DNA of 64,000 nt, taken from Vulcanimicrobiota bacterium (GTDB lineage Bacteria > Vulcanimicrobiota > Vulcanimicrobiia > Eremiobacterales > Eremiobacteraceae). The stretch covers positions 96,001-160,000 of the forward strand of contig CAWETU010000001.1 of the NCBI GenBank assembly GCA_963812135.1. Reading direction: 5' to 3'. Positions 11,626-22,311 of this stretch are shown here, one piece after another. The position numbers and the translations under genes were made by a program. Numbering within the stretch: position 1 is the first letter of the stretch; every line of letters starts with the position of its first letter. The notes below the pieces were generated by a model, which was given only the letters and a program-made list of their open reading frames with translations, was not told where the DNA came from and searched no databases.

Positions 11626-11704
11626 TCCTAATCGATGTGTTCGTGGAAAAATGGTGCGGCCGAAGCGTCTAAGAAAACGCTCCGACCCTTGTGTTGCAAA
11701 AATT

Positions 11705-11777
11705 TACCCCCAAGGGAATTCGAATCCCTGTCGCCGCCTTGAAAGGGCGGTGTCCTAGGCCTCTAGACGATGGGGGC
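11705..11777 (-). tRNA. tRNA-Glu(UUC), CCA not encoded
   Basis: GCCCCCATCGTCTAGAGGCCTAGGACACCGCCCTTTCAAGGCGGCGACAGGGATTCGAATTCCCTTGGGGGTA folds as a cloverleaf. Confidence 0.95.
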
Positions 11778-11799
11778 GCGATGCATCTTCGTGGTCGTG

Positions 11800-11872
11800 T
11801 GGGCCCGGCAGGACTTGAACCTGCGACCAACCGGTTATGAGCCGGCCGCTCTAACCACTGAGCTACAGGCCC
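11800..11872 (-). tRNA. tRNA with CAU anticodon, probably tRNA-Ile2 (elongator Met not excluded)
   Basis: GGGCCTGTAGCTCAGTGGTTAGAGCGGCCGGCTCATAACCGGTTGGTCGCAGGTTCAAGTCCTGCCGGGCCCA. The paired 1:72 position excludes an initiator tRNA. Confidence 0.9.
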
Positions 11873-11894
11873 AGGCCGCCCGACGCACCCCCAT

Positions 11895-13668
<1,774 letters not shown>

Positions 13669-13761
13669 ATCTGCAGCTCCTTAAAGGGCCGGAATCACAC
13701 TATGCGCGCGTTTGCCTTGCCCGGGGGTTTGTCCTCGGCGCGCTGCGAACGGTGCAGCCGC

Positions 13762-14569
13762 ATGGCGAGCGAAGCCGACGCATTGGTGCCCCAGATCGAC
13801 GCGACCGCATTGGCGAACGCGATCGCTGGATTTTCGCATTTCCGCGCTATCCGTCACCTCGATACGGTCGAATCGACCAATGCGCTGGCGTTTTCCATGC
13901 TTGATGACGAATCATCGCTCGGCTCGTCGATCGTCGCCGAGGTGCAGACCGCGGGCCGGGGACGCGCGGGCCGCGCTTGGGAGTCGCCGCGCGGCGCGGG
14001 TCTGCTGATTTCGACGATCATGCCGATCGATCTGCCCCACCAAGTGCTGCCTGCTCTCGGCTATTGGACGAGTCTGTGCGCTGCCGATGCAGTGATCGAG
14101 GCGTGCGGCGTCTGGCCGACGCTCAAGTGGCCGAACGATCTCATGCTCGGCGCAGTCAAAGTCGCCGGTGTGCTGGTCGAAGGCAGGACGTTGGGTGCGT
14201 TCACGCGCGCGGTCGCGGGCATCGGCATCAACGCGAACAGGCCGGCGCAAGGGCAACCAGAGCTCGATGGCGTTGCGGCGTGGCTGTCGGACGCCGCCGG
14301 TGGTCCGGTCGACCGTACGGCGCTCGCGATCGCCGTGCTCAGCGCCTACGATCGGCGCTACGACGATTTGATCGGCCGGCCGGTCGACGTGATCCGCGAG
14401 TGGTCGCGCCGGTCCGCGATCTCCGGCCGCACGCTGCGCGTGCATTCGGCGAAGGGCGATCTTACAGCACGAAGGTGTTGCGCGCGGGCTGTCTGATGAT
14501 GGCGCGTTGCTCCTGGAAACGAAAGACGGACCAGTGACGGTCCGTCTTGGAGACGTGGCAGCGCTCTAG
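13762..14569 (+). CDS. birA: Biotin--protein ligase (no HTH domain), frameshift near 14465
   Basis: STN, QTAGRGRAGRAW and LKWPNDL..KVAGVL motifs. The C-terminus GLSDDGALLLET..RLGDV lies in another frame. Confidence 0.9.
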
Positions 14570-14591
14570 ACGCCGAGCGAGGTCGCGCCTA

Positions 14592-15521
14592 TCAGAAGAC
14601 CGTCACGGCCTCTGATGTCGTCGGCACCGTCAGCGTCGTCGCAGGCGCGACGTTGCCGGTCGCGCCGGCCGTGAACTTCACGACGTCCCCGTTGGCGCCG
14701 TAGATGTTCCCCCCCGCGTCCGCGGCGGCGCCGCGCGTGGCGACGCTGAGCGTCGTGGCCGCGCCGGTGATAAGCTGCGATGGGACCGCGGCTCCGGTCG
14801 CGCCGACCGGGAAGACGAAGATCGCGCCCGCTCCTTGGCCGCCGGTGTAGATGTTGCCGTTGGCCACCTGCAACCCATAGGCTTCCGTGACGCCGGTGAT
14901 GCTGTTGTCCGGCGCGACATTACCGGTGTGGGCGGGATTCCATTCAAGGATCGCCATGTCGCCCTGGTCGCCCACGTACACCTTGCCCGATGAGTCCACC
15001 GCGACGCCGCCTGGGAACGACAAGGTCGTCAACCCGCCGGTGATCGAGGCGCTCGGCGCGACGTTGCCCGACTGCGCCGCCGTGAAGATCCAGATCGCCG
15101 GGGCGTTCGTGTCGGACACATAGATGTTGCCCGATCCGTCGACGGCGATGCCGCGGACGTCGAGGAATTTGGTGGCCGCGCCGCCGATCGTCTTGATCGG
15201 CGCGACGTTGCCGTTAGCATTCGCCGCAAATTCGAGGACGTCGTTGCCCGCCTCGTTGGCGACGTAGATGTTGCCCGCGCTGTCCACCGCAATGCCGAAC
15301 GGGCTGGCCAACGTCGTGAGCGCACCCTGGATCGTACGCGTGGGCGCGGCGGCCCCTGTCGCGGATAGCGGGAAGACGTAGATCGCTTGCGCGACAGCGT
15401 CGGTGACGTAGAGCTGTTGCGTGTGCGCTGGCGGCGCAGGCGTTGAACTCGAACTACAACCGGCGAGCAGCGGTAACGCGACGATCGCCAGCGTGAGAAA
15501 TACTTTACGGACCTGAACCAT
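14592..15521 (-). CDS. NHL-repeat/beta-propeller lipoprotein
   Basis: Lipobox LAGC, repeated GIAVDSAGNIYV-type units, AAGGAG Shine-Dalgarno. Confidence 0.8.
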   Translation of the reverse strand: MVQVRKVFLTLAIVALPLLAGCSSSSTPAPPAHTQQLYVTDAVAQAIYVFPLSATGAAAPTRTIQGALTTLASPFGIAVDSAGNIYVANEAGNDVLEFAANANGNVAPIKTIGGAATKFLDVRGIAVDGSGNIYVSDTNAPAIWIFTAAQSGNVAPSASITGGLTTLSFPGGVAVDSSGKVYVGDQGDMAILEWNPAHTGNVAPDNSITGVTEAYGLQVANGNIYTGGQGAGAIFVFPVGATGAAVPSQLITGAATTLSVATRGAAADAGGNIYGANGDVVKFTAGATGNVAPATTLTVPTTSEAVTVF

Positions 15522-15613
15522 CGTCATCTCCTTCAGTGTCATTGGAGCCTAGCTGAGCAAAAGCTCCAAGAAGCCCTGCACGTGATGCGTTAGAGGTCGC
15601 TCGGAAACGTATG

Positions 15614-15796
15614 TTAGAGTTGCGTCGCGAGCGCCTGCTTCGCGTGATAAGAAGAGCGGACAACCGGGCCCGATACGACCTGATGATATCCCATCGGCTT
15701 GATGGTTTGCGCGGGCCAGCGGAACGTATCCGGCGTGAGATAGGTCACGACGCCAAGGTGACGCTTGGTCGGCTGCAAGTATTGTCCTACAGTTAA
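15614..15796 (-). pseudogene. Diverged duplicate of the last 60 codons of lipA
   Basis: Translates as LTVGQYLQPTKRHLGVVTYLTPDTFRWPAQTIKPMGYHQVVSGPVVRSSYHAKQALATQL*, 47/60 identical to the LipA C-terminus. It has no start codon. Confidence 0.9.
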
Positions 15797-15798
15797 GA

Positions 15799-15827
15799 AG
15801 AGGCGGACGCCACGAGCGTCCGCCTCT
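15799..15827. terminator. Perfect 12-bp GC-rich hairpin, likely terminator of 15851..16912
   Basis: AGAGGCGGACGC-cacga-GCGTCCGCCTCT, followed by TCTT on the minus strand. Confidence 0.65.
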
Positions 15828-15850
15828 CATCTGTAGATCGAGTCGGTTGG

Positions 15851-16912
15851 TTAGTGTATCGCGACGCCTGAAACGCAATCGTTCGTGGTGATCGAAGCGT
15901 CGCTATAGAGAACTGGCGCGAGTGTTGCGCTCCACGCGCTGGTCGCCGTCGGGTAGACGTAGAGTTCCGCAGTTACGCCGCAGTCGGCGTCGTAGAGGTT
16001 GCCGGCTGCATCGAACGCGAGCTGGTATGAAAAGGCCCCCGCGACCAAGCCGGTGCTGTTCACGATCGTTGGCATCCCGTTATTGACCTGGTTCGCGATG
16101 GGCCAGAAGCCGATCCCGGTTGGCTCGGCAGGTAGAGGATGGATGCCCGATGCTTGCTGCACCGGCCTGTTGTGCTTGTGGCCGCCTGGCGGGTCACTGC
16201 CTGCATAGAGGTTGCCTGTGTGGTCAAACGCGACCGAGTCCGCGAAGCCGAGGCCGTCTAGGAAGTTGGTGACCACCGTGGAGTTGACGAAGCCGCCGAC
16301 CGGTAAGACATACTCCCCGATGCTGAGCGTGGCTAGACTAAGAGCGACCCACAGATTGCCACTACTGTCGAATGCGATACCATTGGGAAAGTTAGGCGAC
16401 ACCATCGTGACGGCCGCCACGAGCGTCGCCGTTGTCGTGCACGGGCAGGCGAACTTGTAGATTTTGTCATTGGGGGTATCGCTGATCCACATGTTGCCCG
16501 CTGAGTCGAAGGCGATGCCGAACGCGCCCGTGATGGCCGCAGGCAAGGTCAAAATGGCGATGGGATTGCTCGTCGCCGTCAGCGGGGGGGTGAATACCAT
16601 AACCGTGTTCGGCGTGCTCTCGTTTACGACGAACAGGTTTCCCCCCTGGAAGGCAACGTTCTCGCTGAAGACCAGGCCGTTGCCAGCAGTGGCATCAATC
16701 GCGGTCATCAGCGTCGACGTAGCCGTGATCGGATAAGCCACGATGCCTAATTGAGGACTGCCCAGCGCTCCAGTAGAGCCGTCGCCGGCTGAGTAGTATA
16801 CGAAGCTGTTCGCCGGCGGTGGCGGCGGTGCTGTTGACGTTGAACTACAGCCGGTCAGTAGCGGCAGTGCCGATAGTGCCAGCCCTAAAAAGATTCTACG
16901 GACCTGTATCAT
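15851..16912 (-). CDS. Beta-propeller lipoprotein
   Basis: Lipobox LTGC and GIAFDSAGNMWI-type repeats. The signal peptide is homologous to that of 14592..15521. Confidence 0.8.
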   Translation of the reverse strand: MIQVRRIFLGLALSALPLLTGCSSTSTAPPPPPANSFVYYSAGDGSTGALGSPQLGIVAYPITATSTLMTAIDATAGNGLVFSENVAFQGGNLFVVNESTPNTVMVFTPPLTATSNPIAILTLPAAITGAFGIAFDSAGNMWISDTPNDKIYKFACPCTTTATLVAAVTMVSPNFPNGIAFDSSGNLWVALSLATLSIGEYVLPVGGFVNSTVVTNFLDGLGFADSVAFDHTGNLYAGSDPPGGHKHNRPVQQASGIHPLPAEPTGIGFWPIANQVNNGMPTIVNSTGLVAGAFSYQLAFDAAGNLYDADCGVTAELYVYPTATSAWSATLAPVLYSDASITTNDCVSGVAIH

Positions 16913-16993
16913 TAGGTCTCCTCCAAGTGTCGTTGGGATGCGTGACGAGCAGGAGCGCCTCAGGAAGCCCTGTTCGAGATAGGCCGACGTATG

Positions 16994-17854
16994 CTAGAGC
17001 TGTGTAGTGAATGCCTGTTCGGCGTGGTATGACGAGCGGACGAGCGGGCCCGATACCACCTGATGATAACCCATTGGCTTGATAGCTTGCGCGAACCAGC
17101 GGAACTTGTCGGGGGCGACGAATTCCACCACTTGGAGATGCCGCTTGGTCGGCTGCAGGTATTGCCCTAACGTCAAGATGTCGACGCCCACAGCGCGCAG
17201 ATCGCGCGCCGCTTGCAGCACGTCTTCGTCGGTCTCACCGAGCCCCAGCATGATGCCCGATTTCGTGAACTTGTCGGGGCGCATGCGTTTCGCGTTTGCG
17301 AGCACGCCGAGCGATTGGTCGTAGCCGCAGCGGCGATCGCGCACGTGCGGCGTTAGCGAGCGCGTGGTCTCGATGTTGTGCGCGAACACATCGGGCTCGG
17401 CGTCGATCACCTTCTTGAGCGCGTCCACGTCGCCGCGATAGTCCGAGGTGAGCACTTCGACTTTGACGTGCGGGGTCCGACGCCGGATTGCGCGGATCGC
17501 ATCGGCCATCTGCTGCGCGCCGCCGTCGGGCAGGTCGTCGCGGTCGACGCAGGTGATCACCGCGTAGCTCAGCCCGAGATCTTCGATCGATTGTGCGAGC
17601 TTGAACGCCTCGAGCGGATCCAGTTCATACGGTTTGCCGGTCTTGACGTTGCAGAATCGGCAACCGCGAGTGCACGTATCGCCGAGGATCATGAACGTGG
17701 CGGTGCCGACGCCCCAGCACTCGGCGATGTTGGGGCACATCGCTTCCTGGCAGACCGTGTGCAGCCCGCGGTCCTTGACGATGCCATGCAGCTTGACGTA
17801 GTTGTCGCCGGCCGGCAATTTGACTTTGAGCCACTCGGGCTTGCGTGCGATCAT
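16994..17854 (-). CDS. lipA: Lipoyl synthase
   Basis: CQEAMCPNIAEC, CTRGCRFC and RSSY motifs. Confidence 0.98.
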   Translation of the reverse strand: MIARKPEWLKVKLPAGDNYVKLHGIVKDRGLHTVCQEAMCPNIAECWGVGTATFMILGDTCTRGCRFCNVKTGKPYELDPLEAFKLAQSIEDLGLSYAVITCVDRDDLPDGGAQQMADAIRAIRRRTPHVKVEVLTSDYRGDVDALKKVIDAEPDVFAHNIETTRSLTPHVRDRRCGYDQSLGVLANAKRMRPDKFTKSGIMLGLGETDEDVLQAARDLRAVGVDILTLGQYLQPTKRHLQVVEFVAPDKFRWFAQAIKPMGYHQVVSGPLVRSSYHAEQAFTTQL

Positions 17855-18534
17855 GCCGAGCTTCGCTCGGCGTCGACACCCGAGCTGCGCTCGGGTACTA
17901 CATCTAATTCAAAAATTGCGATCATTGCGGCCAGCAGCGGAGACTTCGCCTCTGCAACGCTGACCTCCCGGCCGAGCTCGCGCGCGATCGAGGTGACGGC
18001 GACGCCCGGCATGCCGCACGGATTGATCAACTGAAAATACGAGAGGTCGGTGCACACGTCCAGCGCGAGGCCGTGATAGGTCACGCCGGCGCGTACTGCC
18101 GCGCCGATCGACGCGATCTTCGCGCCGTGGACGAAGGCGCCCGCATGATCGGGGCGCTGCTCCCCCGTGATGCCGAACTGCGCGAGCGCCTGGTTGATGC
18201 TGCGCTCCATCTTGCGGACGAAATTTTGGACTTCGCGCAATCGGGGCAGCTTGAAGATCGGATACGCCACGAGTTGGCCGGGGCCGTGATACGTGAGATC
18301 GCCGCCGCGCTCGATCGCATAGTACTCCACACCGCGCCGGCGCAACTCATCGACTGAGACAAGTAGATTCTGGCCTTTGCCGGACTTCCCCATCGTGAGC
18401 ACCGGATCGTGCTCGCAGAACAGCAGCGTGTCGGGCCGTGCGTCGGCGACTCGTTCGGCGTGCATGCGCAGCTGAAGATCCCATGCGGCTTTGTAACCGA
18501 TGCGGCCGAGATCTTCGAAGACTGCGTTCGTCAC
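17851..18534 (-). CDS. lipB: Octanoyltransferase
   Basis: EHDPVLTMG, RGGDLTYHGPGQLVAYP, KIASIG and INPCG motifs. Confidence 0.97.
   Translation of the reverse strand: MTNAVFEDLGRIGYKAAWDLQLRMHAERVADARPDTLLFCEHDPVLTMGKSGKGQNLLVSVDELRRRGVEYYAIERGGDLTYHGPGQLVAYPIFKLPRLREVQNFVRKMERSINQALAQFGITGEQRPDHAGAFVHGAKIASIGAAVRAGVTYHGLALDVCTDLSYFQLINPCGMPGVAVTSIARELGREVSVAEAKSPLLAAMIAIFELDVVPERSSGVDAERSSA
17854..17901 (-). repeat. GTAG-type REP-like doublet of hairpins in the lipB 3' end
   Basis: The minus strand reads GTAGT-ACCCGAGC-gca-GCTCGGGT-gtcgac-GCCGAGC-gaa-GCTCGGC-A. Confidence 0.55.
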
Positions 18535-19958
18535 GTCTTTGCGGGAACGGGTGCCGGCGTGTTGGCGATGTGGATCGCCCGCCCGTGCAGCACCTCGGCG
18601 GCCTCCATGATGGGTTCTGAGAACGTGGGATGCGGATGGATGGTGAGACCGATGTCTTCCGTGGTGGCGCCCATCTCGATCGCCAGCGCCCCTTCGGCCA
18701 CCATCGCCTCGGCCATCGGCGAGAAGATGCCCATGCCGAGCACCAGATCGGTCTTCTTGTCTGCGATGATCTTGACCATGCCGTCGGTCAAACCGATCGT
18801 GCGCGCGCGCCCGAGCGCGGCGAGACGGAACTTGCCGACCGCGATCTCGTAACCCGCAGCTTGGGCCTGCTCCTCGGACATACCGACGGTGGCGACTTGC
18901 GGATCGGTGTACACGCAGTTCGGCATGGCGAGCGGGTCGTAAGCGGATGGCAGACCCGCGATCACCTCGGCCGCCACGACGCCTTCTTTCATGGCTTTGT
19001 GCGCTAGCAACGGCGGGCCGGTGACGTCGCCGACCGCATAGATGTTAGCGATATTCGTCTGGCGCCGCTCGTCGACGGGGATGAAACCGCGCTCCACGTT
19101 CACGCCGACGCGCTCGAGCGCCAACTTGTCGGTGCGCGGCTTGCGGCCGACGGCGACAAGCACTTTCTCGAAGTCCATCGGCTCGGTGATCTCGCCTTCG
19201 AACGTGACGCGCACGCGCTTGCCGATCTCTTGCAAACGCACGGCCTTTGTCTTGAGGAAGATGTTGATGCCTTGTTTCTGCTTGAGCGTCCGCACGAGCA
19301 GATTGGTTATCTCGATATCGGTATCGGCCAGCGCGCGGTCGGCCAGCTCCACCAAGGTCACTTCGGCACCCAGCCGCTTGTAGATCGTGGCGAACTCGAG
19401 GCCTATCACACCGCAGCCCAAGATCAGAATGCTCTTCGGGAGCTCGTTGAGCGCCACGGCGTCGTCGGAATTGAGGATGTTGATGCTGTTGCGCTCGAAG
19501 CCGGGCAGCGCTACGGGCTCAGACCCGGTGGCGATGACGAACGCATCGGCGCTCAGATCTTCGGCGCGTCCGTCTTGCTTCTTGACGCGCACGCGCTTCG
19601 TGTCGGTGAACTCCACGTCGCCGGTCATGTAGTCGACCTTGTTCACCTTGAACAGCGTGTTGATGCCGCTGACCAGATCGTCGATCATCTTCGACTTCCA
19701 CTGGTTGAGCTTGCTGAGGTTGATGGCCGGCGGGCCGCCGAAGTCGATGCCCATGGCGGACGCCTCGCGCGCCGCGGCGATGACCTCGCCGACGTGCAGC
19801 AGCGCCTTGCTCGGCATGCAGCCGACATTGAGGCAGACGCCGCCCAGGCGCTCGCGCTCGATGCACAACACGCTCTTCTTGAGCTGCGCAAGGCGGATGG
19901 CAGCGGTGTAACCGCCGGGGCCGCCGCCGATGACGATCGCGTCGTACTTGGTCGGCAT
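18531..19958 (-). CDS. lpdA: Dihydrolipoyl dehydrogenase (E3)
   Basis: GGGPGGY, GGVCLNVGCMPSK and HPHPTFSE motifs. Confidence 0.97.
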   Translation of the reverse strand: MPTKYDAIVIGGGPGGYTAAIRLAQLKKSVLCIERERLGGVCLNVGCMPSKALLHVGEVIAAAREASAMGIDFGGPPAINLSKLNQWKSKMIDDLVSGINTLFKVNKVDYMTGDVEFTDTKRVRVKKQDGRAEDLSADAFVIATGSEPVALPGFERNSINILNSDDAVALNELPKSILILGCGVIGLEFATIYKRLGAEVTLVELADRALADTDIEITNLLVRTLKQKQGINIFLKTKAVRLQEIGKRVRVTFEGEITEPMDFEKVLVAVGRKPRTDKLALERVGVNVERGFIPVDERRQTNIANIYAVGDVTGPPLLAHKAMKEGVVAAEVIAGLPSAYDPLAMPNCVYTDPQVATVGMSEEQAQAAGYEIAVGKFRLAALGRARTIGLTDGMVKIIADKKTDLVLGMGIFSPMAEAMVAEGALAIEMGATTEDIGLTIHPHPTFSEPIMEAAEVLHGRAIHIANTPAPVPAKT

Positions 19959-19962
19959 GATG

Positions 19963-21276
19963 CTAGCCCTCCATCAACATGACGTCGGGCGCGCCGAGCG
20001 CAGTCGCGACATCTTTGGCGAACTGCGCGGCGACCGCGCCGTCGACGACGCGATGGTCGAACGAAACCGAGAGATACGTCATCTGGCGCACGACGATCTG
20101 GCCATCGCGCACCACCGGTCGAGGCTGGATCGAGTGCGTGCCGAGGATGCCGACCTCCGGCCAGTTGATGACCGGGAACGTGAACAGGCCGCCGACCGAG
20201 CCGACGTTGGTGATCGTGAACGTGCCGGCGCTGATCTCCTCGTGAGAGAGCTTGCCGGCGCGCGCTTTCTCTGCTAGCTCGGCGATCTCGATCGCGAGCT
20301 CGAAGATCGTCTTGTGGTCGGCCTGATGGATGACGGGCACCACGAGGCCGGCATCGGTATTGGCCGCGATGCCGATGTTGTAGTCTTTCTTGAGGATGAT
20401 CTCGTGCTTCTCGTCATCGAGTGACGCGTTCATGAACGGGTGGCGCTTGAGCGCGTAACACGCCGCTTTGACGAAGAACGGCAGATACGTGAGCTTGATG
20501 CCGCGCTCGGCGGCAGCTTCTTTGGCGCGCGCTCGCATCGCCACGAGCTCGGTGACATCGGCCTCGTCGACGTGCAACGTGTGCGCTGCGGTCTGTTTGC
20601 TGTGCACCATGTGCTCGGCGATGACGCGACGCAGGCCGCGCAGCGGCACGCGCTCGGTCTCGCCGCTCGGCGCCGGGAGCGCGCGAGCCGGAGTCGACGG
20701 CCGAGTAGGCTCGGCCGCTACCGACGTCGCGCCCGCGGCGACGCGCTCGATGTCCTCGCGGCGGATCCGTCCACCTTCGCCCGACCCGCGCACATTGTTC
20801 AGATCGACGCCCTTTTCGCGCGCGAACTTGCGCACAGCAGGCGCGGCCATCGGCCGGCCCTGCGGTCCGAGGATCGCGCTCTCGGATGGCGCGACGGTGC
20901 CCGCCTGTCCGTTGCCGGTCTTGGCCTTCGAGGGTTTGGCGGTATCTACTGGAGTTTTCGGCTGAGCAAGCTCAGCCGCTACAGGCGCTGCAGCTGCCGG
21001 CTGTGCTTTGCTTGCGCCATGATCGGCGAGCGTCTCGCCCTCTTTGCCGAAGATCGCGATCGGCTTGCCGATCGGCACCACTTCGCCTTCCTTGGCGACC
21101 TGCTTGAGCAAGATGCCTGCAAACGGCGATGGGATCTCCACCGTCACCTTGTCGGTCATGACTTCGACGAGCGGCTGGTCCTCTTTGACGTGGTCGCCTT
21201 CATTGACGAGCCACTTGACGATTTCGCCTTCGATGACCGACTCGGCGAGTTCGGGCATCTCGTATTCGACCGGCAT
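19963..21276 (-). CDS. Dihydrolipoamide acyltransferase (E2)
   Basis: Lipoyl domain VMTDKV, E3-binding domain, DHRVVDG catalytic motif. Confidence 0.95.
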   Translation of the reverse strand: MPVEYEMPELAESVIEGEIVKWLVNEGDHVKEDQPLVEVMTDKVTVEIPSPFAGILLKQVAKEGEVVPIGKPIAIFGKEGETLADHGASKAQPAAAAPVAAELAQPKTPVDTAKPSKAKTGNGQAGTVAPSESAILGPQGRPMAAPAVRKFAREKGVDLNNVRGSGEGGRIRREDIERVAAGATSVAAEPTRPSTPARALPAPSGETERVPLRGLRRVIAEHMVHSKQTAAHTLHVDEADVTELVAMRARAKEAAAERGIKLTYLPFFVKAACYALKRHPFMNASLDDEKHEIILKKDYNIGIAANTDAGLVVPVIHQADHKTIFELAIEIAELAEKARAGKLSHEEISAGTFTITNVGSVGGLFTFPVINWPEVGILGTHSIQPRPVVRDGQIVVRQMTYLSVSFDHRVVDGAVAAQFAKDVATALGAPDVMLMEG

Positions 21277-21297
21277 TGCTTTCCTCGATCCGCGAGT

Positions 21298-22296
21298 TTA
21301 GAAGTTGAGCGTTTTCTTGATGCCGCGCACCACGCGTTCGGCGCTTGGCATGTACGCCTTCTCAAGCGCGTACGGGAACGGCGTATCCCAGCCGGTGACG
21401 CGCACGATGGGGCCCTCGAGGTGCTCGATCGCGTTCTCGGCGAGAAACGCGGAGATCTCACCCATGTAGCCGCCGATGCGCGGCGCTTCTTGGAGCAAGA
21501 CGACGTGACCGGTCTTGCCGACCGACGCGAGGATGGCTTCGGTGTCGTAGGGCTGCAGCGTACGCAAGTCGATCACTTCGACCTCCACGCCGTCTTTCTC
21601 CATCGCCGTCGCGGCTTCCAGCGCGACCGGGATCATCGCGCCGTACGCGATGACGGTGACGTGTTTGCCTTCGCGCGCGATCGCCGCCTTGCCGAGCGGT
21701 ACTTCGTACGGCCCTTCGGGCAACTCGCTCTTGACCGCACGATAGATCTTCTTCGGCTCCATGAAGAGCACGGGGTCGTTGTCGCGTATCGACGCGATGA
21801 GCAGCCCCTTCGCATCATACGGATTGCTCGGCACGACGACTTTGATGCCGGGCGTGGCCACGTAGTACGCCTCGGGCGACTGCGAGTGATAACTGCCGCC
21901 ACGCACGCCGCCGCCATACGGCGATCGCACGACCATCGGCACTTGGAATTCGCCGGCGGAACGATAGCGCAGTTTCGCGGCCTCGGAGACGAGCATGTCG
22001 AAGCCCGGGTACAGGAAGTCGATGAACTGGATCTCGGCGATCGGACGTAGTCCGTAAAGCGCCATCCCGATGCCCGCGCCGATGATGCCAAGCTCGGCGA
22101 GCGGCGTGTCGATGACGCGCTCCTTGCCGAACATGTCGATCAGCCCTTCGGTGACCAGGAAGACGCCGCCGCGCGGGCCGATATCCTCGCCCAGCGTCAC
22201 GACGTTCTCGTCGCGCGTCATCTCATCGATGAGCGCGGAACGGATGGCTTGCACCATCGTATACGTCTGTTTTTTCTCGGCTTGAACCGTTGCCAT
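21298..22296 (-). CDS. 2-oxoacid dehydrogenase E1 beta (probably branched-chain type)
   Basis: GEDIG.RGGVF, DTPLAE, HSQSPEA and IDLRTL motifs. Confidence 0.93.
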   Translation of the reverse strand: MATVQAEKKQTYTMVQAIRSALIDEMTRDENVVTLGEDIGPRGGVFLVTEGLIDMFGKERVIDTPLAELGIIGAGIGMALYGLRPIAEIQFIDFLYPGFDMLVSEAAKLRYRSAGEFQVPMVVRSPYGGGVRGGSYHSQSPEAYYVATPGIKVVVPSNPYDAKGLLIASIRDNDPVLFMEPKKIYRAVKSELPEGPYEVPLGKAAIAREGKHVTVIAYGAMIPVALEAATAMEKDGVEVEVIDLRTLQPYDTEAILASVGKTGHVVLLQEAPRIGGYMGEISAFLAENAIEHLEGPIVRVTGWDTPFPYALEKAYMPSAERVVRGIKKTLNF

Positions 22297-22311
22297 GATC
22301 TCGCGCGCCTC

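Noticed and set aside
11652..11664. TGGTGCGGCCGA resembling the 3' end of another tRNA
   Set aside because: Only about 12 nt with no T-arm, so it could be chance.
15545..15850. Structured ncRNA, or the ORFs 15549..15878 and 15611..15796
   Set aside because: Explained by the lipA 3' duplicate, its leader and a terminator.
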